Below are positions 12,191-23,154 of a stretch of 64,000 nucleotides of DNA, piece after piece. Location: positions 9,362,001 through 9,426,000 of the forward strand of contig OX597814.1 of NCBI GenBank assembly GCA_951406725.2. The letters are read 5' to 3'. How positions within the stretch are numbered: the stretch's first letter is position 1; each line of letters begins with the position of its first letter. The DNA is from Octopus vulgaris. Lineage: Eukaryota. The position numbers and the translations under genes were made by a program. The notes below the pieces were generated by a model. That model was given only the letters and a program-made list of their open reading frames with translations. It did not search any database and had not been told where the DNA came from.

Positions 12191-12324
12191 GTTCACAGTC
12201 TGATCAATAAATATCTGGACTGTTGCCAGAGTAATGAAGCTAAAGCATGCAGAGTTATGCCACTTGGTACAGCTTGACCTCCAACTCTGTTGTGAATGCT
12301 CACTAAGTTTTAACATTCTAGCTC

Positions 12325-14630
12325 AGGCATGTCAGAGTGAGGGGCTCCCAAGGGCCATATGGGCCACATTTGTGTTGTCACAAGGGCTGCACTCGCTTCA
12401 ATTCCAATTGAAGTCATTTCATAAAAATTATTGCAGAATATTTTTCTTACTTAAACTTAGAAACATACTTTGGGTAAGTAATGAAGTACTTTAACCAAAA
12501 GAAAAAAAATGAAGCTTAAATAGGCAACATAGATGTGAATGCAACAGCAACAAATATATTGTACAAAATTTACAATAGTTCAAAATGAACATTTAGTTAC
12601 AACTTTTCAAACATTTTCAGTATTTTGTCGTGAGGCTTGACACCTTTTTGCTGAAAATTTTTGGTATGTCTGGCTGAAATGTCTGTGCAGTTCTGAGTTT
12701 GATCAGAGATAACAAGTGATAAAAGGCAGCGAGCTGGCAGAACCGTTAGCACACCGGGCGAAATGCGTAGCCGTATTTTGTCTGCCGTTACGCTCTGAGT
12801 TCAAATTCCGCCGAGGTCGACTTCGCCTTTCATCCTTTCGGGGTCGATAAATTAAGTACCAGTTACGCACTGGGGTCGATGTAATCGACTTAATCCGTTT
12901 GTCTGTCCTTGTTTGTCCTCTCTATGTTTAGCCCCTTGTGGGTAATAAAGAAACAGATAACAAGTGTTGATTGTCAGTCTTGTTTTCTGAGAAGTTTTTG
13001 TTGATTTCATGAAGGAAAATAACTGTTTACACACACAGGTAGAATGAAACATTGCCATAATCCTTGTGGTAAACTTTCTGAAGTCTTTAAAGTTTTCAGG
13101 AAGGTATGAAAAGAAACCAGTTATCCCCACTTCAAAATACTTTGATCTGAGTGAAGAATCTGACTGCATTTTGAATAGCTTCCTCTGCAGACTTTCTTTT
13201 GCCTTAGCAACATCAAAGGTGAATGGTGCTGAGAATAATGCAAACAGATGTTCAAAAGATGAGAGATCTTTCCTGAAATTCCAGGTGACTGTCATACTTA
13301 GCAAAGCTAAGTACAGACTCAGTATTAGCGCAGTTTTTCAGCTCTTTGCACTTAGGAAAATGGATTAAATTTTCATTTGACAACTGTGACTTCCATAAGC
13401 TTCATTTTCTAATGAAGCACTTGATGTCACCATACAACTGAGTGATGGGTTTGTTTTTACCTTGTAATTACAAATCGAGATTAGTTAATTGTGCAGTAAT
13501 GTCCACAGCAAAAGCCAGATCCTGGAATCACCTCTCATCTTTTGTTTCATCTGTTTTTGACCTTTCATCTCCAAAAACATAATTATTTCTTATTTCAACG
13601 AATGAAATATTTTCTGCACTTTGTGGCATGAAAACCAGCAGACTTCTGTGAAGAATGGAACATCAGTGAACTGATTATCCATATCTTTCAACAACTGACT
13701 GAATTGACAGTGGTTGAAAGCGTGGCCTCTGATATAGTTCACTGTCATTGTGACCAAACTAAGCGCAAGATCCAATTTTAAAATCTTTGAGCACAAATTT
13801 TGCTGATGAATAATGCAATGAAAATGTGCAACTAATGGATCCAGATGCAAATTTTTTATTTTTGTTTGTAACTTAGCAGAAACACATTATGTCTGCCAAC
13901 TATATTCACTGCACCATGAATAGATAAGTGTGCAAGTTTACTCAAATCAAAACCATAATCATACAGAACCCGTTCGACTTTCTCAAAGATGTTTTGGCTT
14001 GTTGTAGTATCATGCATGGAGATCAGTTCAATCAGTTCTTCATAAATATTAAATTCACTGTCACAGGCCCCGATGAAGACTGCGAGCTGTGCTATTCCAG
14101 TGATGTCAATGGTCTCATCAATAGCAATACAAAATGTTCAAATCTTGATGATGCAGCTTTCAACTATTGCTTCAGATCACCTGACATTTCATCAATCCAT
14201 TGAGCAACAGTGTTCCTGGTTAATGAGATATCTTTGAATAAGTATGCTTTCTCTGCACACACAATTTCAGACGTTTTTTACAAAGCATTGCTTTATGAAA
14301 TCTCCTTCACTGTAAGATTTCCCATTCTTGGCGATCATTTGGTGGAGTTTATAGCTTGCTGTAACGGAAGCGACATTCCTTTTCTGATTTTTCTGTGAAA
14401 CAGGTCTGTTGCTGTGTTGAGTTAGCCTTCAGTTCCTTGAGTCTTGAAACATGCATTGAACCACCTCCATATTTATCATAAGATCGATGATATGTTTCAT
14501 AATGTCTTTTCAAGTTGTACTCTTTCAGTGTATCTTTCCACTCACTGTTGTGCAAAAATACTATAATTCCCATTTTTCTTGAAACACTCGCCCTCCTCCA
14601 TTCAGTTTAAAGACAAAATAGATTTGTAAA
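12325..14630 (-). mobile_element. hAT transposase remnant (SPIN/GTF2IRD2-like)
   Basis: LKEYNLKRHYETYH, FHCIIHQQNLC, FFTEVCWFSCHK and MFHSTCVCKQLFSFMK fragments, in order on the - strand. Confidence 0.9.
12725..12953 (+). mobile_element. tRNA-derived SINE inserted in the hAT remnant
   Basis: ggcagcgagctggcaga...gagttcaaattcc B-box; central gcctttcatcctttcggggtcgataaattaagtaccag; flanking repeat agataacaagtg on both sides. Confidence 0.88.
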
Positions 14631-14899
14631 TCTACTCACCAGAAATGCAGCACACTGGGACAAGAATCGCAGGACACAGGCAATGCAGGGCTTGAAAGCA
14701 CTCTATGAACTCTGTCTACCAGATGAGAATTTAATGAATGATGAAGAGAAGAAAGGAAAATCAACTCATATGAACGTTGACAGGTACATTCCACAATGTT
14801 CAAACACCTGTAACATTTGATGTACAAAACATCTGGAGTCACAGATTAGCCAATTGCTAGCTCGCTGATGGGAAATTTCGCAACTCTGGGCCTCTGAAT

Positions 14900-15756
14900 A
14901 ATTGTATAACTTTCTTCTTGCTTGTAATCAGATCCAAATCCAAAGATGCCAATGCATTCAGGGGAAAAGGGTGGCTGTCTGTGTGGGTCACAGGTGTTTT
15001 GCAATGGGCTGCATGTTTGACATACCCGTTCTAGCTCACGTCTACTGTTTACAGCAGTGCTTGGAAAGAAGGTGTGTAGTGTGTGGTTGTTGCATTGACC
15101 ATGAAGAAGAAGAGAATCTGCATCAAATTTTGTCAAAAGCTTCGTGATACCTGCTCAGAGACCTATGCAAAGTTTTCAAAAAGATTTCATCGTTCTCAAC
15201 ACAGTCAAGGAGATTTTGTGCAACTGAAATCCAAATGTCTTTTTGATCAACTGAAAGCAGTTTTGGCACAAACTTGGCAGACATGCGTCTCACACCCAAA
15301 TCTTCAGTGATAATCGACTGAACTGAACTGTAACTAATCTGCACATCCTCTGATAACTCAAGGATGGTGATTCAATGATTTCCCCTCACAGCTGCATGCA
15401 CATCTACAGCGTTTTACTCATTTATGTTGTCTGTGGGTCTCCCCGAACATTTGTCACTCTCGACATTTTACGGCAATTTTGGAAATGTCTGAACCACTTG
15501 TACACTTGTGTGCAGCTCATACACTCCTCTCCATACACTTTCTGCAATTTTGTGTGTGCCATTGAGCAGGTATCACCATGACAACTTTTTCTGTCATGGT
15601 CGATATTTCAATTTCATGTTACACATGTTATTTCCAAGCTCTACTGTAATCAACGGAAGTAAGCTAAGGTCAATCTGTGCCAAGCAGCTTCACTCTGCTT
15701 ACTTTAGCTTCCTTACTAAGGCAACAGTTCAAATACTTATTGATCAGACCTTGTAT
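14900..15756 (-). mobile_element. Rearranged mariner remnant
   Basis: ISYSSVQSIITEDLGVRRMSAKFVPKLL on the - strand; KRICIKFCQKL on the + strand; terminus tacaaggtctgatcaataagta at about 15735-15756. Confidence 0.8.
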
Positions 15757-15857
15757 TTCAAATATTTTGTTTCGTTTTGTTGAATTAAATCTCTTCCTTT
15801 TGCAAGAATGAAAAAATAAAACATAAAAGTGATTCTGATTGTTTTCTGTTTTAACAG

Positions 15858-15939
15858 AAATTTGATGAATATCTCCAAAATAAAGACGAAAATGAAGGAG
15901 TAATAAATAAACAGGAAAATGAAGGATTTCATTCAAAAG
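15858..15939 (+). CDS. Module 1 exon D (final helix and linker)
   Basis: ttttaacag acceptor, gtaaac donor; 82 nt, phase 0 to 1, exactly what is needed to join exon C1 to A2; KFDEYLQNKDENEGVINKQENEGFHSK; homologues at 40661 and 54023. Confidence 0.8.
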
Positions 15940-16494
15940 GTAAACAATTTGTTGTGAGGTGAACAATTTATGCAAGGTCTGAGCATGCCTCACACTCCAC
16001 TGAGTTGTGGCTTTGTCTGAAGTGGTTTTACGAGTTATTTATCTGAGTTTTGGCCATGGCATCATTACTGAAGGCCTGCTGAACTTTTCTGGATGCTTTG
16101 AGCTTGAGTGTCACCAAGCTTTTGGTAAAACTTGATGCAATATCTTTACTCAATACATTTGGTCATCTTGCATGAACACAAAGGTCTGTCCAGTGCACAC
16201 TACAAGTTTATACTCTAGGTTTAATGTCCAGGAGCAGTTGCAGTTGCACAGGAAAGGTGAAGTCACCGCTCACCCAAAGGGTTTTTCCCACATGGGAAGG
16301 AAAAATAAAGTCAGATACTTTTTGAGTGCAACTCATAAATGCATTGACATGAGTTTAACTGTTTGAGTGTTTGTCCCATCCTCTCCTCCCAAACCTCACT
16401 TTGCAGGTAATTACTTCTTGTTCAGGGATTTGGGGCAAGGGACATATTCTTTATAGGGTCCCTTCTCTAACTGCTTCCTTCTCATTTGTTCAGT

Positions 16495-17535
16495 TATTTT
16501 CACAGCTTCCACAAACCAGATGTGGAACTTGCTGACAGAAAGCTACTGCAACTTTTCCATACCAACCACTCTGATGAGCACAGTCTTAGATAATCACCTA
16601 ATTACCCAATATCAGGTACAAAACAAATTTGTAAGAATGGTTGAAATAGATTTATAATACTGAATAGTTTACGCTTAATATGCCCATTCCGTGGTGGGGA
16701 CACTGGCAATGGGTAGTGTCAGAGCTATGCCGTCGGGAACTTCGGTTCCTGGTAGTGCCACCCAAGGCAGATTGGTCTGACACTGAGTGGTATTAGGGCC
16801 ACAACCCGGCAGACGGGGCTCTGGTGAAAATCCTCGGAGTGTCTGCTTTGGTAACTGGCAGCTCCCCAGTCGTTCTGTCTCTGTGTCTGCGTACAATCTG
16901 TGGCAAACAGGATGTCTCCACATGTGGGATTGTTGGGGACCGCTTGTGAAATCCACATATCCCCACGAAACTTCTTCCATGAGTAGAAGAAGCCGACACA
17001 ACCCACCCAGGGTGAATGTCGCCACAAGTACAAGTAAGTAATATACCCACTCTGTTGAAAAATGTACGAGTGCGTGTTTTTCTGACTTACAGACTCACGG
17101 ACTGTATCATTATCCTCATCCTCATTTAATGTCCATCATTTACTCTGGCATGGGTTACACAGTTTGACAGGATCTGATGACCACCAGATCTGTTTTAGGC
17201 TCCACGCTCAGCTTTGGCATGGTTTCTATGGCTGGCTGGCTGGTTGCCCTTCATATTGCCAACCATTTTACAGTGTGCTTTTCTCATGGCACCAGCACTG
17301 GTGAGGTCACCAAGTATCTTGCAAAACAAAGCAAAAAATGGAAAAGGATAAAACCCCCCAATGGAATTGGGTTGGGGAAGAGCCTTGATGCCAGGGGTAG
17401 AAATTCTAAAGTTTGCCAGAGGGTCAAGCATAGTTGTCTGGATATAGGGGAGACTCATGATCTCCTCATATTTATGCAAGGGTGCATGACAGTATCTGGA
17501 GGGGAGAAAGATGGTGGTAATAGGGTTCCAGAGCA
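16495..17535 (+). repeat. Segmental duplicate of 798-1847
   Basis: As above. Confidence 0.95.
16690..17038 (+). mobile_element. Short RTE-derived retroposon, copy made by the segmental duplication
   Basis: Same flanks and the same two TSD mismatches as 991-1339. Confidence 0.75.
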
Positions 17536-17823
17536 CACTTTCTATAACTTAGTGGTTTATCAAAGGAGACTGATAGAATAAGTATCTGGCTTTAAAATAT
17601 TAATGTATTGGGGTCGATTCATTTGACTAAAAATTCTTCAAGGTGGTGCCCCAGCATGGCCACATTCGAATGACTGAAAGAAGTAAAAGATAAAAGATAT
17701 AACGGGGTTAATTCATTCAACTAAAAGCCTTCAAGGTGGTGCCCCAGCATGGCCACATTCGAATGACTGAAAGAAGTGAATGATACACACACACACACAC
17801 TGATATTTGTCTATTTTTTTCAG

Positions 17824-17942
17824 ACACTGCATCATCGAAAGCATCCCTTCCTGGTTCACAACAGGAACCCTCTTCTGTGGCATCTGGAGAAAATGCTCGC
17901 ATCAACATACAACTATTGATTGATTCAATTTCTAATGTATCT
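17824..17942 (+). CDS. Module 2 exon A
   Basis: tttttcag acceptor, gtgagt donor; 119 nt, phase 1 to 0; (D)TASSKASLPGSQQEPSSVASGENARINIQLLIDSISNVS; 18-nt in-frame deletion relative to A1/A3. Confidence 0.85.
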
Positions 17943-18214
17943 GTGAGTAAATAGATTCATGTAACTTATTTATATTTTCATGTTATTTCATTTCCAAATA
18001 AGGAATCATTACAGTTAATTAAAACATTTTCTCAGTCAAACTTATTTCCTTCACATCTGATATCTTGAGTATATCTTTTGCTAACTTTAACAACCTCAAA
18101 CTTACTACAGCCATTCTGTAGAGCCTTTCTTAACAACAATATCAACTGCAACAATGTATCTCTCTTCTCTCCATGGAATGTTCCTTAGCTGTTTATTATT
18201 AATTACTTTTGTAG

Positions 18215-18442
18215 GTTGATGTCATCGTTAACAGCACCAATAAAAACCTTGAGCTTGACAGTGGTGCTGTCTCCAAATCTATTCTTTTTGCTGCTGGTCC
18301 ACAGATACAAGATGAATGTAACCAGAAATATCCTCAAGGTATTTCTACATCTACAATAGCCATCACTAAAGGATATAACCTCAAATGTGAGAATGTATTT
18401 CATCTGGCATTACCTCCCTGGGATGAATATTCCTCTGATTTA
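18215..18442 (+). CDS. Module 2 exon B, macrodomain N-terminal half
   Basis: 228 nt, AG/GT, open; VDVIVNSTNKNLELDSGAVSKSILFAAGPQIQDEC... Confidence 0.93.
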
Positions 18443-18477
18443 GTAAGTATCAATCATATGATATTGATTTATTGGAA

Positions 18478-18688
18478 GGCGGTGGGCTGGCAGATATGTT
18501 AGGATGCTGGGCGAAATGCTTAGCAATATTTCATCTGTCTTTACATTCTGAGTTCAAATTCCACGGATGTCGACTCTGCCTTTCATCCTTTTGGGGTCAA
18601 TAAATTAAGTACCAGTTGTGTATTGGGGTCGATCTAATCGACTGGACCCCTCCTACAAAATTTCAGGCCTTGTGCCTAAAGTAAAAAG
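18478..18688 (+). mobile_element. tRNA-derived SINE in the module 2 B-C intron
   Basis: Same family as 12725; TSD gatattgatttattg(g/a)aa at 18460-18477 and 18689-18706; empty site in modules 1 and 3. Confidence 0.9.
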
Positions 18689-18793
18689 GATATTGATTTA
18701 TTGAAACAGTTAATAATTGAGAAGAACCTTATGCATGTTCATTATTTATATTATTACATTTGACGGATATTTGTCCTCATCTTATTTGTTGTT

Positions 18794-18839
18794 AACACAA
18801 CGTTTCAGCTGATATACCCTCCAGCCTTCATCAGGTGTC
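18794..18839 (-). ncRNA. Minimal hammerhead-like motif, inverted copy
   Basis: Reverse complement reads gacacctgatgaaggctggagggtatatcagctgaaacgttgtgtt. Confidence 0.65.
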
Positions 18840-19023
18840 TTGGGGAAATTTCAAACCTGGGTTCTCATTCCTAAAGTATTTTTCGAAGTTATTATTATTA
18901 TTACTATTCAGGTCACTACCTGGAATCAAACTTGGAATCTTGGGGTTAGTAGCCCGCACTCTCTATAGTGGTTAAAGTGTGGGCTACTAATCCCTAGATT
19001 CTGAGTTCAATTCTAGACAGTGA

Positions 19024-19064
<41 letters not shown>

Positions 19065-19110
19065 TCGAAAAATACCTTAGGAATGAGAACCCAGCTTCGA
19101 AATTTCCTAA

Positions 19111-19156
19111 GACACCTGATGAAGGCTGGAGGGTATATCAGTTGAAACGTTGTGTT
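19111..19156 (+). ncRNA. Minimal type I hammerhead ribozyme-like motif
   Basis: GACAC-CUGAUGA-A-GGCUG(gagggtatat)CAGUU-GAAAC-GUU-GUGUU: conserved core boxes, stem I GACAC/GUGUU, stem II, self-complementary AACGUU in place of stem III. Confidence 0.65.
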
Positions 19157-19640
19157 AGCAACAAACAAGATGAGGACAAATATCTGTCATATGTAAATAA
19201 TGTACATAATTCCTCATCTCTTAAATATAGAACTGTATCAGTTATATGACTGATAAATAAGACTATATTAAAACATATTTCTGTGTTTTACTGTCTGTAT
19301 TGGTGAGTTTTTCTCTGTCATGGCACGAGCACTAGAGAGGTTGTCATGTCCTCAACAACACTAAAGACTCCTCTTGGGTCTGCATTGTCTCTCTTCATTC
19401 ACCAACCATTTTACACGGTGGATGGGGTCTGTTTTATTGTAGCAGCATCATGAGTGAGGTTGCCTTGTCCCTTGCAGGACTAAAGAGTGATAGGAATGAC
19501 AGTTATGTTTAGAAGTGGTAGGAGTGAGAGGAGTTGTGAGAGGAGAATATATTTATTACAACTTAATGGTTTCTTCCTGTAATAAGGAAATAATTTAATA
19601 AAATGTTCATTATCAATTACTAAACAATTATTTTTTTTAG

Positions 19641-19868
19641 ATTCTGGCAAACTTGACTCAAATGATTACCATATGCTTACACACTGCGGAGAAAATGGGA
19701 GCAAAATGCTTGGCATTTCCTATAATAGGAGCTGGAAAATTGAAGTACCCCATAGAAAACCTACCTGGAATTATGTATGAAGCAGTCAAAAACTACTCAG
19801 ATCTAAATTCAAGCCAGATCAAAGTTGTAAACTTTGTGGTTTATCCTCAAGACACAGAAATAGTAAAG
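19641..19868 (+). CDS. Module 2 exon C, macrodomain C-terminal half
   Basis: 228 nt, AG/GT, open; ILANLTQMITICLHTAEKMGAKCLAFPIIGAGKLKYP...VVNFVVYPQDTEIVK. Confidence 0.93.
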
Positions 19869-19961
19869 GTTGGTTGATGTATTTGTTGTTTTATGTTGAT
19901 ATTTTTGGAATTCATCGAAAAAAATATTCTGCAACAAAGGAAGGAAATAGAAACAAAAATA

Positions 19962-21316
19962 TAGTACTGTGCAAAAGTCTTTGGCCACTTTAAACAATTG
20001 TAAATTTCTAGTAATTGCCAACTTATAAGTGGATTTGTCACATTGTGTTTGTTTACAGATGAAACATTGGCCCTGTTGGAGTTAATTCCATACTTAATCA
20101 TTGTATTTTGTAGTAGAAGTTCCGAATGAGAGGGGAAGATGTGATGAGGCTTTCTGACAAATTCTCACTTATATGTTGGCACGTTAAGAGCACCATTCGA
20201 TCGTGGCCGTTGCCAGCCTCGCCTGGCCCCCGTGCCGGTGGCACGTAAAAAGCACCCACTACACTCACAGAGTGGTTGGCGTTAGGAAGGGCATCCAGCC
20301 ATAGAAACATTACCAGATCAGACTGGGGCCTGGCGCAGCCTTCTGGTTTCCCAGACCCCAGTTGAACCGTCCAACCCATGCTAGCATGGAAAGCGGATGT
20401 TAAACGATGATGATGATGATGATGATGATGATGTTACACAATGAAAACAGTGAAGTTTGTGGGAAAGAGTCTGATGCTTTGGGTATACATAAAAAGTGAT
20501 GGTTCAAGAAAATTGGTTAAAATTAATGGAGTGGCTGTTTGGTAAGTAGCTTGCTAACCAACCACATGGTTCTGGGTTCAGTCCCACTGCGTGGCACCTC
20601 GGGCAAGTGTCTTCTACTATAGCCCCGGCCGACCAATGCCTTGTGAGTGGATTTGTGACGGAAACGAAAGAATGCAACACAACAGAATCTGGCTGTCACT
20701 TAGCGGTTCGGCAAAGAGACCGATGAAAGTGTTACTGTATTGAAAGACTGGCCAGCCCAGAGTCCTGGCTTAAATATTATCAAGCAAATGTGGACAGAAC
20801 TGGCCAAAGAGTCCTGGCAAATATTATCAAGCAAATGTGGACAGAGAGTCCATCAGAAGAATCCATGCAATTTTGAAGAACTATGGGAGCTCAACCACAA
20901 AGAATGGCATCTCATACCTATAAAGATGGATTTGTACACATCTCTTCCCAGGCGCATTGAAGACATTTTTAAAGCTAAGGGAAGCCACATGGAATATTAA
21001 CAATGCACAGTAACTTCTTGAAATGTGCATTATGTAATAAATTTTCATTATAGACATTTTTTCTGTTTTAAAACACTGAATCTTGATTGGTTTATGTAAG
21101 GTGGCTGAAAACTTTTGGATGGCCATTTTTGATGGTCATCTCACGTCTTCCCCTCTCATTCAGAATTCCTACTACAAAATATAATGATTAGGTATGGAAA
21201 TTACTCCAACAGGGTCAATGTTTCATCTATGAAAAATGCAATGTGAAACATCCACTTATAAGTTGGCAATCAGTAGAAATTTACAATAGTTTAAAGTGGC
21301 CAAAGACTTCTTACTG
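19962..21316 (+). mobile_element. Tc1-like element with long TIRs, internally deleted, with nested RTE tail and SINE
   Basis: TIRs of about 200 bp (19962-20160 and 21140-21316); TA on both sides; WPAQSPGLNIIKQMW remnant; empty site aaaaatatggaat at about 8909-8921 in the duplicate. Confidence 0.9.
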
Positions 21317-23154
21317 TATGGAATTATTTTGTAAATTTATTTGTTGGTGTCTTAGAATTCTTCAGTTGGAATGTTGGAATCTTTGATGTGTCTTCATGGC
21401 CCTGTTGACCATACTTTTAGGTTAGCTTGGTTTTCTTCAACTCTTCCATTCCATGATTTAATTCTTTGAAACTTGATATGGATTCAGTGTAGCTACCTCC
21501 ACCACCACCATTGCCAAGATCTTACTGTATGGAATTATTTTGTAAATTTATTTGTTGGTGTCTTAGAATTCTTCAGTTGGAATGTTGGAATCTTTGATGT
21601 GTCTTTCTTCATACTCTTCCATTCCATGATTTAATTCTTTGAAACTTGATATGGATTCAGTGTAGCTACCTCCACCACCACCATTGCCACTACCTACCCA
21701 CAACATCCTTCAACAATTCCATTTTGGTTACTGACCAACCAAAAATGTGTTAATGGCACCACCAGAACACTGATGGTTTTCTTTCATTTCTGTTCTTCAA
21801 AGTGGAACGCTTTGGAAACACTTTCCACAATTCTTTACATTTCTTCTCAAAGTTGGTTTGACGTGCTAGTAATAGCAGCCAAGTGTCTCTTAAATCACAG
21901 TCTGCTGTCGTCCAATTTGGCAGAGTTGTTAAGGTGTCAGATAGGAAACCTTCTAATCTATGTTTCAGCCCTTGGCATTCTGAGTTCAAATCCTGCTGGT
22001 GCCATACTAGCCTTTTATTCCTTCACAATTCATAAAAATGTCCATCTTCTCTGTTGGATTCATAGAAGTAGAAGAATGACAGAAGATCTTCTGTGGTGTT
22101 CGTTTCAGTACTTGGCATTCTGATTTCAAATCCTGCCATGGCAATGCTGGATTGTGAACTTAATCCATCATTTCGTTTCACACCAACCCTTGCCACCGTG
22201 GCTGTATTTACTGAAATTCCCTCTGATACAAGTATTTCAGTGAGTTCTCTTATTGGAGGGCTGTACTAGGCCCCAATTGTCTGTTTTGGCATGGTCTCTA
22301 TGGCTGGATGCCCTTCTTAATGCCAACCACTTTACTGAGCGAACTGAGTACCTTTTACATGGCACCAGCACAGGAGCTCTACATGTGGCACCAGCACAGG
22401 TGATTTATGTGTGGCACCAGCAGGGACAAGTACTTTTTACATGGCTCCAGCACAGATGAACTCTGATGGCCAGGACGTGTCAACTGAGAGGAGGAGTGGA
22501 AGCAAAGGGCCAAGGAGATACTTGGTTATCTCAGCCAGGCAAGAAAGGAGAGGAAGTTAGGAGAGACAGAGAGACAATCAGAGGGTGAGAGAGAGAGAGA
22601 GAGAGAGAGAACTTACCTACAGGGAACAGTGGGTATAGTAAAGACGAGATAGAGGGGCCAACAATGGGAATGTGGAGTTATGGGGGTAGTTTGATAGACA
22701 ACAGAGTTATGTGTGAGAGGTGGCTCATGGCTGTAAAAGGGTATCCCTATATGTATGGAAGGCCACAATGTCACTTAGCTTCCACTACAATTTCTCTTCA
22801 CAGCTTGCAATCATCAGAAAATTATCATTATTATAATTAGTTTTTGATGAAAAGTGTCAAGTCTTGTAGTTCCAGACAATGATAATTTTTAGGTTTTCTA
22901 TCTTTAGATTGCCCCAGTGTGTTTGAGCCACGTTGGGGGTTAAGTGCTGATGCTTCTAAGTGCATTAAGCACTATTGATATTAATGTCCTTTCTCTTTAT
23001 TGCCTACAACTTGTGTTTTTACTATTGTGGTTGTGGTTCATCATAAGGACTAGATGTGTCATGAGTGCTCTGTGAGTGATTCACTTGTTTCATTGTCACA
23101 AATCTAATTTTGTTTCCCTTTTGGTGTATAGTGTGTCATTAATTTGAGCATACT

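Larger units (their letters stand above)
18745..19237. mobile_element. Palindromic (fold-back) repeat carrying two inverted minimal hammerhead motifs, Penelope-related
   Basis: Inverted arms of about 210 bp around 18960-18975; absent from the homologous introns of modules 1 and 3. Confidence 0.8.

Noticed and set aside
12852-14573. Domesticated GTF2IRD2/ZBED-like gene (also 48001-48790)
   Set aside because: Multiple stops and frameshifts, plus a SINE insertion in the first; these are decayed hAT transposases.
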